Shown one piece after another: positions 1 to 10,914 of a stretch of DNA of 59,346 nucleotides. This stretch comes from Octopus bimaculoides (taxonomy: Eukaryota). Both the position numbers and the translations under genes were made by a program. The DNA is taken from the NCBI RefSeq assembly GCF_001194135.2, contig NC_068984.1:119546954-119606299 (forward strand). The letters are read 5' to 3'. The notes beneath the pieces are model-generated. The model made no database searches, was not told the DNA's origin, and was given only the letters and a program-made list of their open reading frames with translations. The first letter of the stretch is position 1. Each line of letters starts with the position of its first letter.

Positions 1-49
1 CTCCCAGGGGCAACCTGTCTTGAACTCCTCTGTGATTGCCTGGAGGACT
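1..49 (-). mobile_element. RTE LINE reverse-transcriptase fragment, cut by the window edge
   Basis: Identical to 12397-12445, which lies in the RTE RT segment (LQAITEEFKTGCPWE, just before YADD). Confidence 0.85.
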
Positions 50-179
50 TGAATAATTTAAGAAAGATAATCTTCAGCTATAAATTGTACAAGAAGAATT
101 TCACTATCAGTTTGCTTTATGCAGTTATTTATTTTCAGCATTTCTATGAACGTCATCTAATGTGTTTTATTTATTTCAG

Positions 180-257
180 AATCGTACAGCTATTAAAAAA
201 GGTAAAAAAATGCCTGGTCATATGGGAGGTGATTGGAGTACTCTGAGAGGTTTGAAA
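180..257 (+). CDS. MRPL3: Mitochondrial ribosomal protein uL3m, penultimate exon
   Basis: Acceptor ttatttcAG at 178-179 and donor GTAAGC at 258; 78 nt, phase 0/0. Translates NRTAIKKGKKMPGHMGGDWSTLRGLK, containing the L3-family K-M-P-G-x-M-G motif (human, from memory: GTKMPGKMGNIYRTEYGLK). Joins in frame to exon 3025. Confidence 0.93.
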
Positions 258-273
258 GTAAGCACAGTTTCCT

Positions 274-420
274 TAACCCTTTCATCACCATATTACTGTT
301 GAAATACACTACCTTTATTTCAATTAATCTTTAAAACAATGAAGAATTTAGTAAAATATATTGTCATTATTAAGCTGGTATTTTGAACATAAATTAACAT
401 GAAATCTTTAATGTGGGTTT
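274..420 (+). mobile_element. TTAACCCT-terminated MITE family B, partial
   Basis: Starts ttaaccctttcatcaccat; internal sequence is shared with 45077-45290 and 54962-55172. Confidence 0.55.
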
Positions 421-433
421 TAACTTAGGCCAC

Positions 434-622
434 TTTAACCTTAAGCATTACATTGTTTTGAAGATCATGCATTATCTTGCAGTTTTGAGATTTATATGAT
501 ATGGTTGTTTATTATTAGAATAACATTGTAGGGTAGGTGTGAAAGATCATATCTGGCCAGTTTGAACATAAAACAAGTAGAATATTTGGGCTGGACTTGG
601 CTAGTTTAAATGCAAAGGGTTA
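434..622 (+). mobile_element. piggyBac-like MITE family A
   Basis: Ends taaatgcaaagggTTAA; body matches 43569-43795. Confidence 0.7.
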
Positions 623-794
623 AACAGGAAATTTGTATCATAGACCCAATGGTAGTTTCAGCTGGGTTAGTATCAACAGGGTTAGTTAACTTGAGTAAAC
701 ATGGTCAATTGCTATGTAAACTAACTCGATTATTTAGTTTGTGTAGAGAAGATACTGTAATGTTCAGTCTTGTGTGTGACTTTAAACAGCATCT

Positions 795-1240
795 AGTAGT
801 GGAGCCCTGGTTTGGGAGGTGCAAGGTTTTGTGGTTTGTGGCACCACCTCTTAGCCTCTATTGTTCCCAAGTGTACTCTGACTTGTAGTAGTAGCAACTG
901 TCAGATGGAGCTCATTAGCCTGGGATGGAGCAGGCAACCCATCTAGGGAAAGGAAAATCTTGATTTCAAATCTGTGTTGCCTTGTGGTCATACCCAAATT
1001 TGGGAAAGACTTCAGGAGCGAACCCTGAGGAAAAAATCAGGAGCCAGAGCCCCTGAAGTAGTTTCATGTTGTCTACAACCTCATTCTGGCAACTCCTGCA
1101 ATGGCTGCACTGTCCTTTGGATCCATCATTGACATGAAAAGTGGGGACATACTGCATGGGCAACAACCTATCTTCCATACCAAACTGCCCAAGATTGGAT
1201 CCTATTGAACACCCTATTCTGGGGAGATCGTTCCAGTAGG
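795..1240 (+). mobile_element. Degraded 5' region of an RTE-type LINE
   Basis: GC-richer block containing gggcaacccatctagggaaaggaaaatcttgatttcaaa, which resembles RTE 5' regions as I recall them; no intact ORF. Confidence 0.4.
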
Positions 1241-2469
1241 GCAAATAACTAGGACCTTCATCTATAGATTATTAAGATCAGAAAGAGGCTTCTAGATATG
1301 GTAAGTTCTTAGAAAGCCAAATGGAATTAAAAGTACTTATATTACTCATACTTTTCCCAAAATGAGATGAACTTGACAACTTAGAGCTTTGTTTCTGTTA
1401 AAAAATATCAAGTTTTATGTCTATGTTAGATGGAATTCTTAGTTTCACTTTCTGAATGAAGGTATTTTTTACTTAGCATTTTACAACCCTGACTCACTGT
1501 TGTATAGAGGTGACCTTGTTGAGTGGAAGATAAGGTATTTAAATACAAGCTCACATTATGTGTTCAGATGAGACATTTTATTGTGTTTGAGAGGTAGGAT
1601 AATTGTACTTACATTCCTAGGTTTCCCTTGCTGATCTGAATAGAAGTGATATTTTTTTAGGTGTCATGCCCACCTAGAGGGAGCAGCAAGATCTCACAGT
1701 GAAATCCAACTATAGAATGAATAAATCCTGTAAATTTCAATCTCTCTCTCTCTCTCTCATGCACACACACACACAGCATACTTTAGTGAGTGAGAAAGAA
1801 CTACTGAATGTTCCTTCAAGTTTTATCTTAAAGACCAGCTATCGTCAGTAATTTAATTTAGTCAAATCTAATAATTTATAATAAACACATGAATCAATCA
1901 GCAATGATCAAAATGATTATATTACATTTATATTTAATTTAATTGTGTACATGAGAATGTGGAAGACATTTGCTGCTAGCCTTGTCTTGAAGGAAAAAAA
2001 TTTCTCCTTCTAGACTGCGTGTATAAAACATCAAGCTGGGCTCTGAATAACAGCAGACTGCCACATACATGTTTTGGTGTGATTACACCTCTTCAGTGGT
2101 AGACACTGTTTCAGCTGTTCACAGCCCACTCAGAACTTCTATTCTTATGTGTTGCTGTGTGCTGAGGATTTGTCAAGCTGTAATTAATTTATTATAAGCA
2201 CACGAGAAGAAGCAATGATCAAAATAATGATATGTATATATTTCTGTAACTTTACAATAGTAGACATATCTACAGATATGAATTCTTTCATGTTATAATA
2301 ACTTATCTACTTGTGCATAATGCATTTACAGATATAATAAAGTTAATTTATTAGTGGCATTGCTGTCTCATGAAAGGTAGTCTTCGGATCGATTTGCTTG
2401 CACATTTCTGGCAAAAACAACACTTATACAGTATCTCAAGGCTGTCCTTTCAATGTATTTCTCTATTAT

Positions 2470-2815
2470 CTTTTACTTGAATTGTGACCATGCTGGGGCA
2501 CTACTATGAAGTATTTATTTAAGCAAATCAACCCCAGTACTTATTTTTTAAAGTCTGGAACTTTATTTTCTTTTGCCAAACCACTTAGTTATTTGGAGTG
2601 TAAACAAACCAACACCAGTTGTTAAGCAATGTAGGGAGGACAAATACACACATACATATACACAACAAGTTTCCATATATTTTCTATCTACCAAATTCAC
2701 TCACTAGTCATTGGTCAACCCAGGGATATAATAGAACACACTTGCCCAGTGTGCAGTGGGATTGAACTTGAAACTACATGGTTGCAAAGTGAGCTTCTTA
2801 ACCACATAACCATGC
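2470..2815 (-). mobile_element. tRNA-derived SINE family 1
   Basis: Reverse copy of the family whose full-length + copy is at 55960-56368. Confidence 0.8.
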
Positions 2816-3024
2816 TTGCACCTCTCTCTAGGTGCTTTTACTTAAAAACATTTTTATTTATTTATCTATCTGTCTAAATAATGAAGAAAGCATTACAGGT
2901 AAAATTATTGTAACGAACTCAAAATAAATTCATAAATAAAAATGGAGTGAAAATATATATCATATTGAGAAATATCATCAATGTTGCAACATCCTATTTT
3001 CTTTTTCCTTTTACTTATCTACAG

Positions 3025-3267
3025 ATATGGCGGATAAATACAAAATACAATGTTTTGTATGTAAACGGAAAAAACATCCCAGGACGTCTTCATTCCTTCA
3101 TCAGAATCACAGACACAAAATTGCCTCACAAAGAATCGCCTGATAATCCACCCCATATGCCAACATGTTTTGTTGAGGACCAGCCTGAAGATCTACCTGA
3201 AAATCTGTATGCCGATGATTTGTTTCAATTCACAGAACCATCTTTAACTTTTCCTGATGAATCATAG
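3025..3267 (+). CDS. MRPL3: Mitochondrial ribosomal protein uL3m, terminal exon
   Basis: Polypyrimidine tract ending in acAG at 3023-3024; phase 0. Translates IWRINTKYNVLYVNGKNIPG...MPTCFVEDQPEDLPENLYADDLFQFTEPSLTFPDES*, matching the MRPL3 C-terminus (human, from memory: VWRINTKHNIIYVNGSVPG...[21 protein letters not shown]). TAG at 3265-3267. Confidence 0.96.
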   Translation: MWRINTKYNVLYVNGKNIPGRLHSFIRITDTKLPHKESPDNPPHMPTCFVEDQPEDLPENLYADDLFQFTEPSLTFPDES

Positions 3268-3291
3268 ACAAGATGATGTTAGGAAAAAGAG

Positions 3292-3297
3292 AATAAA
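3292..3297 (+). terminator. Candidate MRPL3 polyadenylation signal AATAAA
   Basis: First AATAAA, 24 nt after the stop codon, followed by T-rich sequence. Confidence 0.5.
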
Positions 3298-3309
3298 ATT
3301 TTAGTTAGT

Positions 3310-3530
3310 TATTTTATCTTTTACTTGTTTCACTCATTTGACTGTGGCCGTGCTGGGGCACCTCCTTGAAGGGTTTTAGTTGAACAAATCAACCCCAGGA
3401 CTTAATTTTTTATGCCTAGTATTTATTCTATCAGTCTCTTTTGCCAAATTGCTAAGTTACAGAGACATAAACACACTAACATTGATTGCCAAGCAGTGGT
3501 GAGGGACAGACACAATGACACACACACATA
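3310..3530 (-). mobile_element. tRNA-SINE family 1, 3' half
   Basis: Contains cttttacttgtttcactcatttgactgtggccgtgctggggca, the reverse of the family tail. Confidence 0.8.
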
Positions 3531-3748
3531 GATATATACACTCACACACATATATAAATTTATTAATTAGAGATTGATTAGAGAACAAACATCAAATTCA
3601 GGCAAATGACTTCATATGACCCCACGTTTCTATATATTTCATCATATACAAATAATACCATGGCCTTCAACATATAAAAGGAATACATATATAAGCACAG
3701 AAGATAAAAAATATATATGCACATATAAAAATACAAAATATATAGAAG

Positions 3749-4223
3749 GGCCTGTCAAGAAAAAGTATATACAAATCAACTAAAGTAGGTAGTCAAAATG
3801 ATATACTAAAACATATCAATCGACTAAAAAAATTTTTTACCCCATGATTAAAAATATATCAAAATAGTTTGTTTTTAAAATGAAGCAATCCATGGTAGGT
3901 AAGAGAGTTCCAAAAAAGGGTAGGTCAAAAAACATGTCTGTGGCCATTTCAGGAGTTCACTGCCACAGCCTGATTGCAAGTTAAAGCACATCTTGGCAAT
4001 GACCCCCTCATTAGGATGAACAGAACATTCTAGGAATTTCACAATCAAGTTGTTCACAAAACTCTCTTACCTACCATGGATTGCTTCATTTTAAAAAGGA
4101 ACTTATTTTGATATATTTTTAATTGTGGGTTAAAAAAATTTTGAAGTGGATTGATGTTTTAGTAATTCATTTTGATTACCTATTTTAGTCGATTTGTATA
4201 CACATTTTCTTGACATGCAGGCC
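3749..4223. mobile_element. Foldback/MITE-like element with ~160-bp inverted arms
   Basis: 3749-3908 is the imperfect reverse complement of 4061-4223; inner 37 bp (3872-3908 vs 4061-4097) are perfectly complementary. Confidence 0.8.
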
Positions 4224-4544
4224 ATAATGGAAGCAAATAAACATTGGATAAATTGAACCTCTGTCATCAGAGTAGAAAATGATCCCCTTTAGTTTTTCTG
4301 TCATTTGTATTCTAAGTTTGATCTATCAGTATAAATATCTATATATTTATACTTAAATACTCATTGTCTGAAAGTCTTTGCTTTCTTTCTGTCTACTAGT
4401 GTACATATATATGTATTTTGTATATCCAGCCCGAGCTGTTATATTTAATTTGTTTATCCACATAATTACCTCTCTCACTCTCTCTCTATATATATACACA
4501 CACACACACATATATATATATGTATATATATTGATTGCTAGCCA

Positions 4545-4640
4545 CTAAATCTTTTTATTTTCTCTCTCTGCTTATTTCTGTGTTCCTCTTTGTTGAAGAG
4601 CGTAGGCTCAAAACGTAAAAGAATTTCTCCCTTCCCGAGC
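4545..4640 (+). mobile_element. Short interspersed repeat, possibly a Penelope-like terminal repeat
   Basis: ttgaagagcgtaggctcaaaacgtaaaaga...ttcccgagc; related copies at 17735-17875 (+) and 19335-19500 (-). Confidence 0.5.
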
Positions 4641-4649
4641 ATTTGCGCC

Positions 4650-6260
4650 GTGAGGACCAAAGACTTGAGGTATTTCGTGTTGCAAGACAGTGTGTGAGAG
4701 AGAATCGTGATGTAGGAGAGAAATGTGTCCACATGGATGATGGTTTCTTTGCACTAAATATGACTGCAAAGAGAGAGGTTTGGAGACGCCACTATGAAAG
4801 GTTGCTCAATAAAGAGAATGAATGAGAGAAAGAGAATCTGCTGAATGTCAATCCAACAGACGGACCAGCTATCCGAGTTGACAGTACCATGGTAGATAAA
4901 GCAATTAAGAGTATGAAGACAGGGAAAGCCCCCAGCCCATCAGGAATCACTGCAGAGATGCTGAAAATATCTGGCAGTGTCAACTATAGCCTAATCACCC
5001 GTATAGTTAACCAGGTGATACACGAAGGAGTCGTACCCAATGACAACTACTACAAAGGTAAAGGTGATGCTTTAGATACAAATAATTATAGAGGTATAGG
5101 TAATGCAAGTCATGGAGAGGGTCATAGCCCAACTAATTAGGGAGAGAGTCAGTTTAGACGAGATGCAGTTTGGGTTCGTGCCAGGGAAAAGCACCACTGA
5201 TGCTATATTTCTGGTAAGACAGCTGCAGGAGAAATACCTAGCCAAAGATAAGCCTCTGAAAATGTGCAGAGAACAACTTCTGCCACATTCCAGGGAGAAA
5301 AACTAGAAGTAGTTACTAGCTTCCATTACCTAGGTGACCAAGTCAGTAGCGGGGGAGGGTGCGCTGAAAGTGTAGCTGCTAGAATAAGAATAGCCTGGGC
5401 AAAGTTCAAAGAGTTCTTACTTCTGCTGGTGACAAAGGGCTTCTCACTCAGAGTAAAAGGCAGACTGTACGATGCATGTGTATGAACAGCCATGCTACAT
5501 AGCAGTGAAACATGGGCCCTGACTGTTGAAGACATGCGTAAGCTCGCAAGGAATGAAGCCAGTATGCTCCAATGGATGTGTAATGTCAGTGTGCATACTC
5601 AACAAAGTGAAAGTACCTTGAGAGAAAAGTTGGACCTAAGAAGCATCAGTTGTGGTGTGCAAGAGGGATGATTGTGCTGGTATGGTCATGTGGCGAGAAT
5701 GGATGAGGATAGCTGTGTGAAAAAGTTTCAGACTCTTGCAGTTGAGGGAATCTGTGGAAGAGGTAGACCCAGGGAGACCTGGGACGAGGTGGTGAAGCAC
5801 GACCTTCGAACATTAAGCCTCACTGAGGCAATGACAAGTGACCGAGACCTTTGGAAATATGCTGTGCGTGAGAAAACCCGGCAAGCCAAGTGAGACCATA
5901 ATCCGTGGCCTTTGCCAGGGGTGTAGCCAGCCCACTTATGCGTACCATTCCTTCATTGGACACTAATCTCTGCTTGCAAAGACCTGTTGAGGCAAGTGAA
6001 ATTGAAATTGAATAGCACCCATGCCAACCTTACCTTCATTGGACACTAAACTCTGCTTGTGAAGACCTTTTGGGGCAAGTAAAATTGAAATCATAATTGA
6101 ACCAAATTCGATGACTAACAGCACTGTTTGAGCGTGATCATTGCCAGAGCAGCTGTCTGGCTTCCGTGCCCGTGGCACGTAAATAGCACCATTTGAGCAT
6201 GATCGTTACCAGTGTCACCTTACTGGCACTTGTGCTGGTGGCACGTGAAAAAAAACATTC
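4650..6260 (+). mobile_element. RTE-clade LINE, 5'-truncated, frameshifted and internally deleted
   Basis: RT peptides in shifting frames: KTGKAPSPSGITAEMLK, DEMQFGFVPGKSTTDAIFLVRQLQEKYLAK, FHYLGD, WYGHVARM, GRGRPRETWDEVV. The YADD segment is missing (deletion near 5260). 3' UTR with internal direct repeats at 5940-6230. Confidence 0.93.
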
Positions 6261-7098
6261 GAGCAATAGAAGTAGGTAAGGCTGCTAGAGTGTAAGGGAA
6301 GAATGAGAGATGGATATAAATATAGGTTGGAGGTAGTCAGATGTGTATAGGAGGTGAACAGGAGTTGGGTGATTGATGGTAATTATGAGCAGGGTTAACA
6401 ATAAGTATAAAGGATAGATGTTAGTTGGAAATAAACTCAGAGATGAGGGAGGTTGACTGGAACTACAGAAAGAATAAAATGAAATGGTCTCTAGTAATAT
6501 ATGTCATCATCTTTTAATGTCCATTTTCCATGGTGGCATGGATTGGACATTTTAAGAGGATCCAAAAAACCAGAGGACTGCATCAGGTTCATTCAAATGT
6601 TGGCTTTTGCATGGCTTCTTTGGCTGGATATCCATCCTAATGTCACCCACTTTACAAAGTGTGCTGGGTTCGTGTCACCAGCACTGTCAAAGTTTTCATG
6701 TAGCTCACAAAACTAAAATCCATTTCAACTGAGCTGGGGCTACAGTAAAAAAAGGTAGCTTTATGCTAGGAGACGAGAGGTTAAAGTATGAAAGAAGGGC
6801 CCAGAACTGAACAGGTTTCTTGCTGGAGAGAAGCTATCTGGCTACTTACATTATAGAGGAATGGGTAGGGTGGAGCTGGAAAGAGAGAATAATGATGATA
6901 AAGTGTTAGAGAAAACCCTGAAAGTACAAGGTCAGTAGAGACAGAACTGGAGATGAGGATAGTAGAGGTTGCAAGAGTGTATGGGAGAATGAGGGGTAAT
7001 TATGATGAACAAAGGTTGAGATGTGGTTCATGATAACTAGAAAGAAGAATTGAGTTTACGATACCTTAGACTTATAGTACTACTTAAATTACTGGTAA

Positions 7099-7228
7099 GT
7101 TCTAGAAATTTCTATAAAGTTTTGGAAAGTTATTGAAAGTATAAGGAAATTCTATTAAACCCTTGGAGGTTCTAGGAAGTTTTAGAAAGTAGTAGGAAAT
7201 TCTATTGAGTTCTAGGAAGTTCCAGGAA
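7099..7228. repeat. Degenerate 10-bp minisatellite (consensus GTTCTAGRAA), 13 units
   Basis: Units gttctagaaa, tttctataaa, gttttggaaa ... gttctaggaa, gttccaggaa stay in exact 10-bp register. Confidence 0.8.
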
Positions 7229-7589
7229 GTAGGGAAATTTTTTAGATATTTGAAAATGCATGAAAATTCTTTATCAGCTAACAATCCTGAGTCTGTTTGG
7301 AAATGTTCTGCAAAATATCATTATTGAGTTTACACTATTTAAATTAAATTACTGGAAAATGCTAGAAAATTCTCGGAAGCTTAATTTTTATCAGCTATTC
7401 AGCACCAAATTTATTTGGAAATAAATAGTTTCAAAATTACCAGTACCAAGTTCGCACACACACACACACACACCGAGTTTGAAGATAAGGATAATAGTTG
7501 TATTGTTTCTTGTGCATTTTAGGCATGTACTGCCCAGGAACAGGAGAAAAAAAGACAAAAAAAATCGTTAACACTCCCTAGTATCGTGT

Positions 7590-8720
7590 TAGAAGTACAT
7601 TTACTATCAAAATCAATGTAATGATACAGGGGAACACGACCGAAACTTAAAACTGGTTATCAGAAGCTGCCAAGCGCTGTAACCTGACACTGAATATCGA
7701 TAATTATTATTTGGGCAAACATCTATCACCTTTCTGGGATATACAATTATGGATGGTGACATTCAAGCCCAACCTTTACCGTTTACTGTTACTTCTGAAC
7801 CTGCTGGTCCATTGTCCTTTGTCAACCCGGTGTAATGCATGTGATCTATTACGTGTGCACGCTAAGAAAGTTTACCTCACTCAATAGAAAAAATAAAATG
7901 ACTACTAACTGTTCCATTTGCAATGAAATAAGAACTAGATTTTATTTAAACGACATCTGATAAAAGCTACCTACACTTTCGAGAGATTCAATATTAATTT
8001 CTAGAGCTCTCTGACATTAACAAAAATTGTTGATGGCTACAGTCGATTTTTTTTTTTTTTGCATTTGCTTGTAGCGACATATCACACAACATCCGTTATT
8101 AATTGTATGTGCTAATTGTTTTATATTTTCAGTTGGATGAATACTGCTGCTTGATCTGAAATACAGTCATTCAGATCAAGCAGCAATATTCATTTTCCAA
8201 GAAAAACAAAAACAAAAAACACTTTTTTACAAGAAAATGAAATCGTGACTAGCTGTTGTTCTCCCTGCAGCACGGCAAAAATTGCTTCGGACACAAAAAT
8301 TAAAAGTTGACTTATGGTAGCTAGCACTTCACAGTATTAGAACATTATGTGCAGCTACTCAGACAGACGTTCGTTCAGAAAAGGCGGTCCTCGAAATACG
8401 GATCTCAATCCCGACTTGTGTTGCTAACTGTGAAACAATACCCACGTCTAAGTAAACTTGAACCACACGTGGAAACTGAACTTTTTAGAGGCCAATCCTG
8501 AATATGTATTCGTCCACTACCCCAAAGTCGAGATGCTACACTACAGTATCTAGTCCAAGGCACGTTTCCGATTAACCTGACTGAATAAATAAAATCCACA
8601 GCCTCCCCGTTCCACTCTATACTCTAATATAACGAGACCCGAAAGGACTAATTCTACGTCTGCTACAGTCAAACTGTCAACTTACAGACCCCAGTCTACC
8701 TAGAACCATACACATGCTAG
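7590..8720 (+). mobile_element. Highly degraded Ty3/Gypsy pol relic (RT, RNase H, integrase C-terminus)
   Basis: Frameshifted peptides EHDRNLK (7632-7652), FGQTSITFLGYTI (7710-7748), LPFTVTS, SDQAAIFIF (8171-), LHSIRTLCAAT (8327-8359) and LEANPEYVFVHYP (8485-8523) occur in the order expected for Gypsy pol. Confidence 0.65.
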
Positions 8721-10154
8721 AAGAAACATCTAAACACTATCCACATCCTTTTAAGACTGAGTACTAATTCTTCAGAATGTGGAATTGTTTATGAAGATTA
8801 CTTCATACTTTACTGTCTTATTCCATTACGTTGTTCTAACAGTACTCTTTATTATTTAGATCAACTCCGCATATTTAGTCATGTTGTTCTCAGCTTTGTT
8901 TATTATACCACGTAATTTATATATTTACGTGTTTACTATTTCATCCTCCTTGTTCGTATATTTGTTTGGTGTATGGTGATTGGTTCTCGTAAAACCGGTG
9001 AAACACGAAAACATTTCCCGTTGTTTGAATCACTGCAAATATTTCGAAACAACTTCTTAAAATGGGTGATGTTACAGCTATAAAAAAATATCAGGGATTG
9101 CTGTAACTATGTAGTATTGAAAATCAACCTTAATAAATCATTCCGCCTGAAATACTAAAATGGAATTTTGTTAATTAACAGCTGTAAACAAAAATTAATT
9201 CATGCCGAGTTTAGGTGTGACTTAATCTCGATTTTTGAATGCGTATTATTAGATTTGACAATATATTACTACTAAATTGTATCATAATACTACAAGAGTA
9301 GCATTATTGTAAAGAAAATCAATTTTTGTTGATGAATTTTCAAAGAATTTATATGCACATCTCAACACTACTAGTTGTGGGATGTGCAGCACTGCTATTT
9401 CGGAACTGTTACAAATATTTCGTAACAGGGAGCAGAAAAAGAAACTTAATTTGAATGCAATTTTCCTTCGTGATCTATTATAAAGATAGAATATAATATT
9501 AATATTTAAAACCTGGGTGATCTGCAACTCTCGTTTGACACAAAATATTCGGCAACACACACACACGCACATATATAACTAACTTTATTTTGCAATTTCT
9601 TATTGCATACTCCCTTATTAAATTCTTTTTACAATTAAGAGTTTGGTTATAATTTTATCCTGGATCCGATTTTAATTACAGTTTCAAGTTCTATAATAAT
9701 GATGATGATGATGATAATTCAAGATGCTGAAAATATTACCAAATGTGTTTTGTGAAGCGTTGTTTATAAATTGTTTCGTAAACTGGTTATTGCTGGCTAC
9801 TGTAAAGAGTGTAGTAGTTAGTAAAATGATAATGAAATTAATGAAAAATGTTTTAATGTTTAATATCTGACTATTGTTTTCACTGTTAAAGTTCAGATGA
9901 CTGAAGTATCGATTCCATAGTGATTCTATGTAGCTTTACAAAAGTTCACAATCCGGCCAGAAAATGAATAACTTTTCTTTTTTTCAGTTTTCATCGTCAA
10001 CATAATTTTTACTTCAAGTATGATATTTTGTTAATAATGTGACATGTTTTGAACAGTTTGTGTTGTGTGATTTAGCGATAAGCAATTTAATCACCTATTT
10101 CCTCCAATCTGCTTCTGCAAAACACGAAAATAATGTTGACAAACTTAGTGCATA

Positions 10155-10320
10155 ACATGTGGCTGTGTGGTAAGAAGTTTGCTTCCCAACCACATGGTTC
10201 TGAGTTCAGTCCCCCTGCATAGCACATTGGGCAAGCATCCTCAACTATAACTCTAGGTTGACCAAAGCCTTATTGGAGAATTTGAGAGACAGAAAGTGAA
10301 AGAAGCTTGTGTATGTGTAC
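10155..10320 (+). mobile_element. tRNA-SINE family 1, 5' half
   Basis: A-box/B-box-like head tggctgtgtggtaagaag...gagttcagtccc. Confidence 0.8.
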
Positions 10321-10914
10321 ACAAGGGTGGGCGGGGCAAAATAAGTTTTTATTGCGTTTTTGACTTTGAAACAAAATATGCCCTTTACAAATAACTATAT
10401 CAGCTTAGCAAATGGCTTTCTCTCAATGCATTAAACACATTATAACATGATCTAATGACTATTCAGCATATGAAAAGACAAACTTGGCCGGGGCAAAATG
10501 AGTAAGACAAGATAATGTAAATTTGTTACTTCAGTTCCCCACAAAACAGACTCATACACATCAATTCCCGTCCTTAGATATCAGAAAGATAAGACATGTA
10601 AAAAGAAGTAAAAAGATGAATATCTAGGTCAAAGGAAAGAGGATCAGGGAAAAATGGCACATGATATGAAATTAACGAAACTTGACTAGATAAAAAACAC
10701 TCAACATAAAATATTATCTATACTTTCTTCACGATATGCTGGAGTGCCCTTTACGTGATGTATATTTATTCACTATACTATTAGAGAGAGGACATTATTG
10801 AAATTAGAGATTACTCGTTTTAACCCAATTTTAGACATATTTTGAAACTTGAAAATTATCAAACTAAGCATTAATGTGGGATAAAATTGACTTGGGATCC
10901 AACCGAGAAAAGAA

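Noticed and set aside
2947-3024. N-terminal part of ORF 2947-3267
   Set aside because: Intronic pyrimidine tract; MRPL3 similarity starts only at the acceptor at 3025.
5940-6230. Spaced direct repeats that superficially resemble a repeat-spacer array
   Set aside because: Only two copies of each unit, within the RTE 3' UTR; eukaryotic context; not CRISPR.
8405-8690. Minus-strand ORF, GTAAGT donor at 8685 and CpG richness suggesting an antisense gene or promoter
   Set aside because: The region is better explained as the reverse strand of the Gypsy integrase relic.
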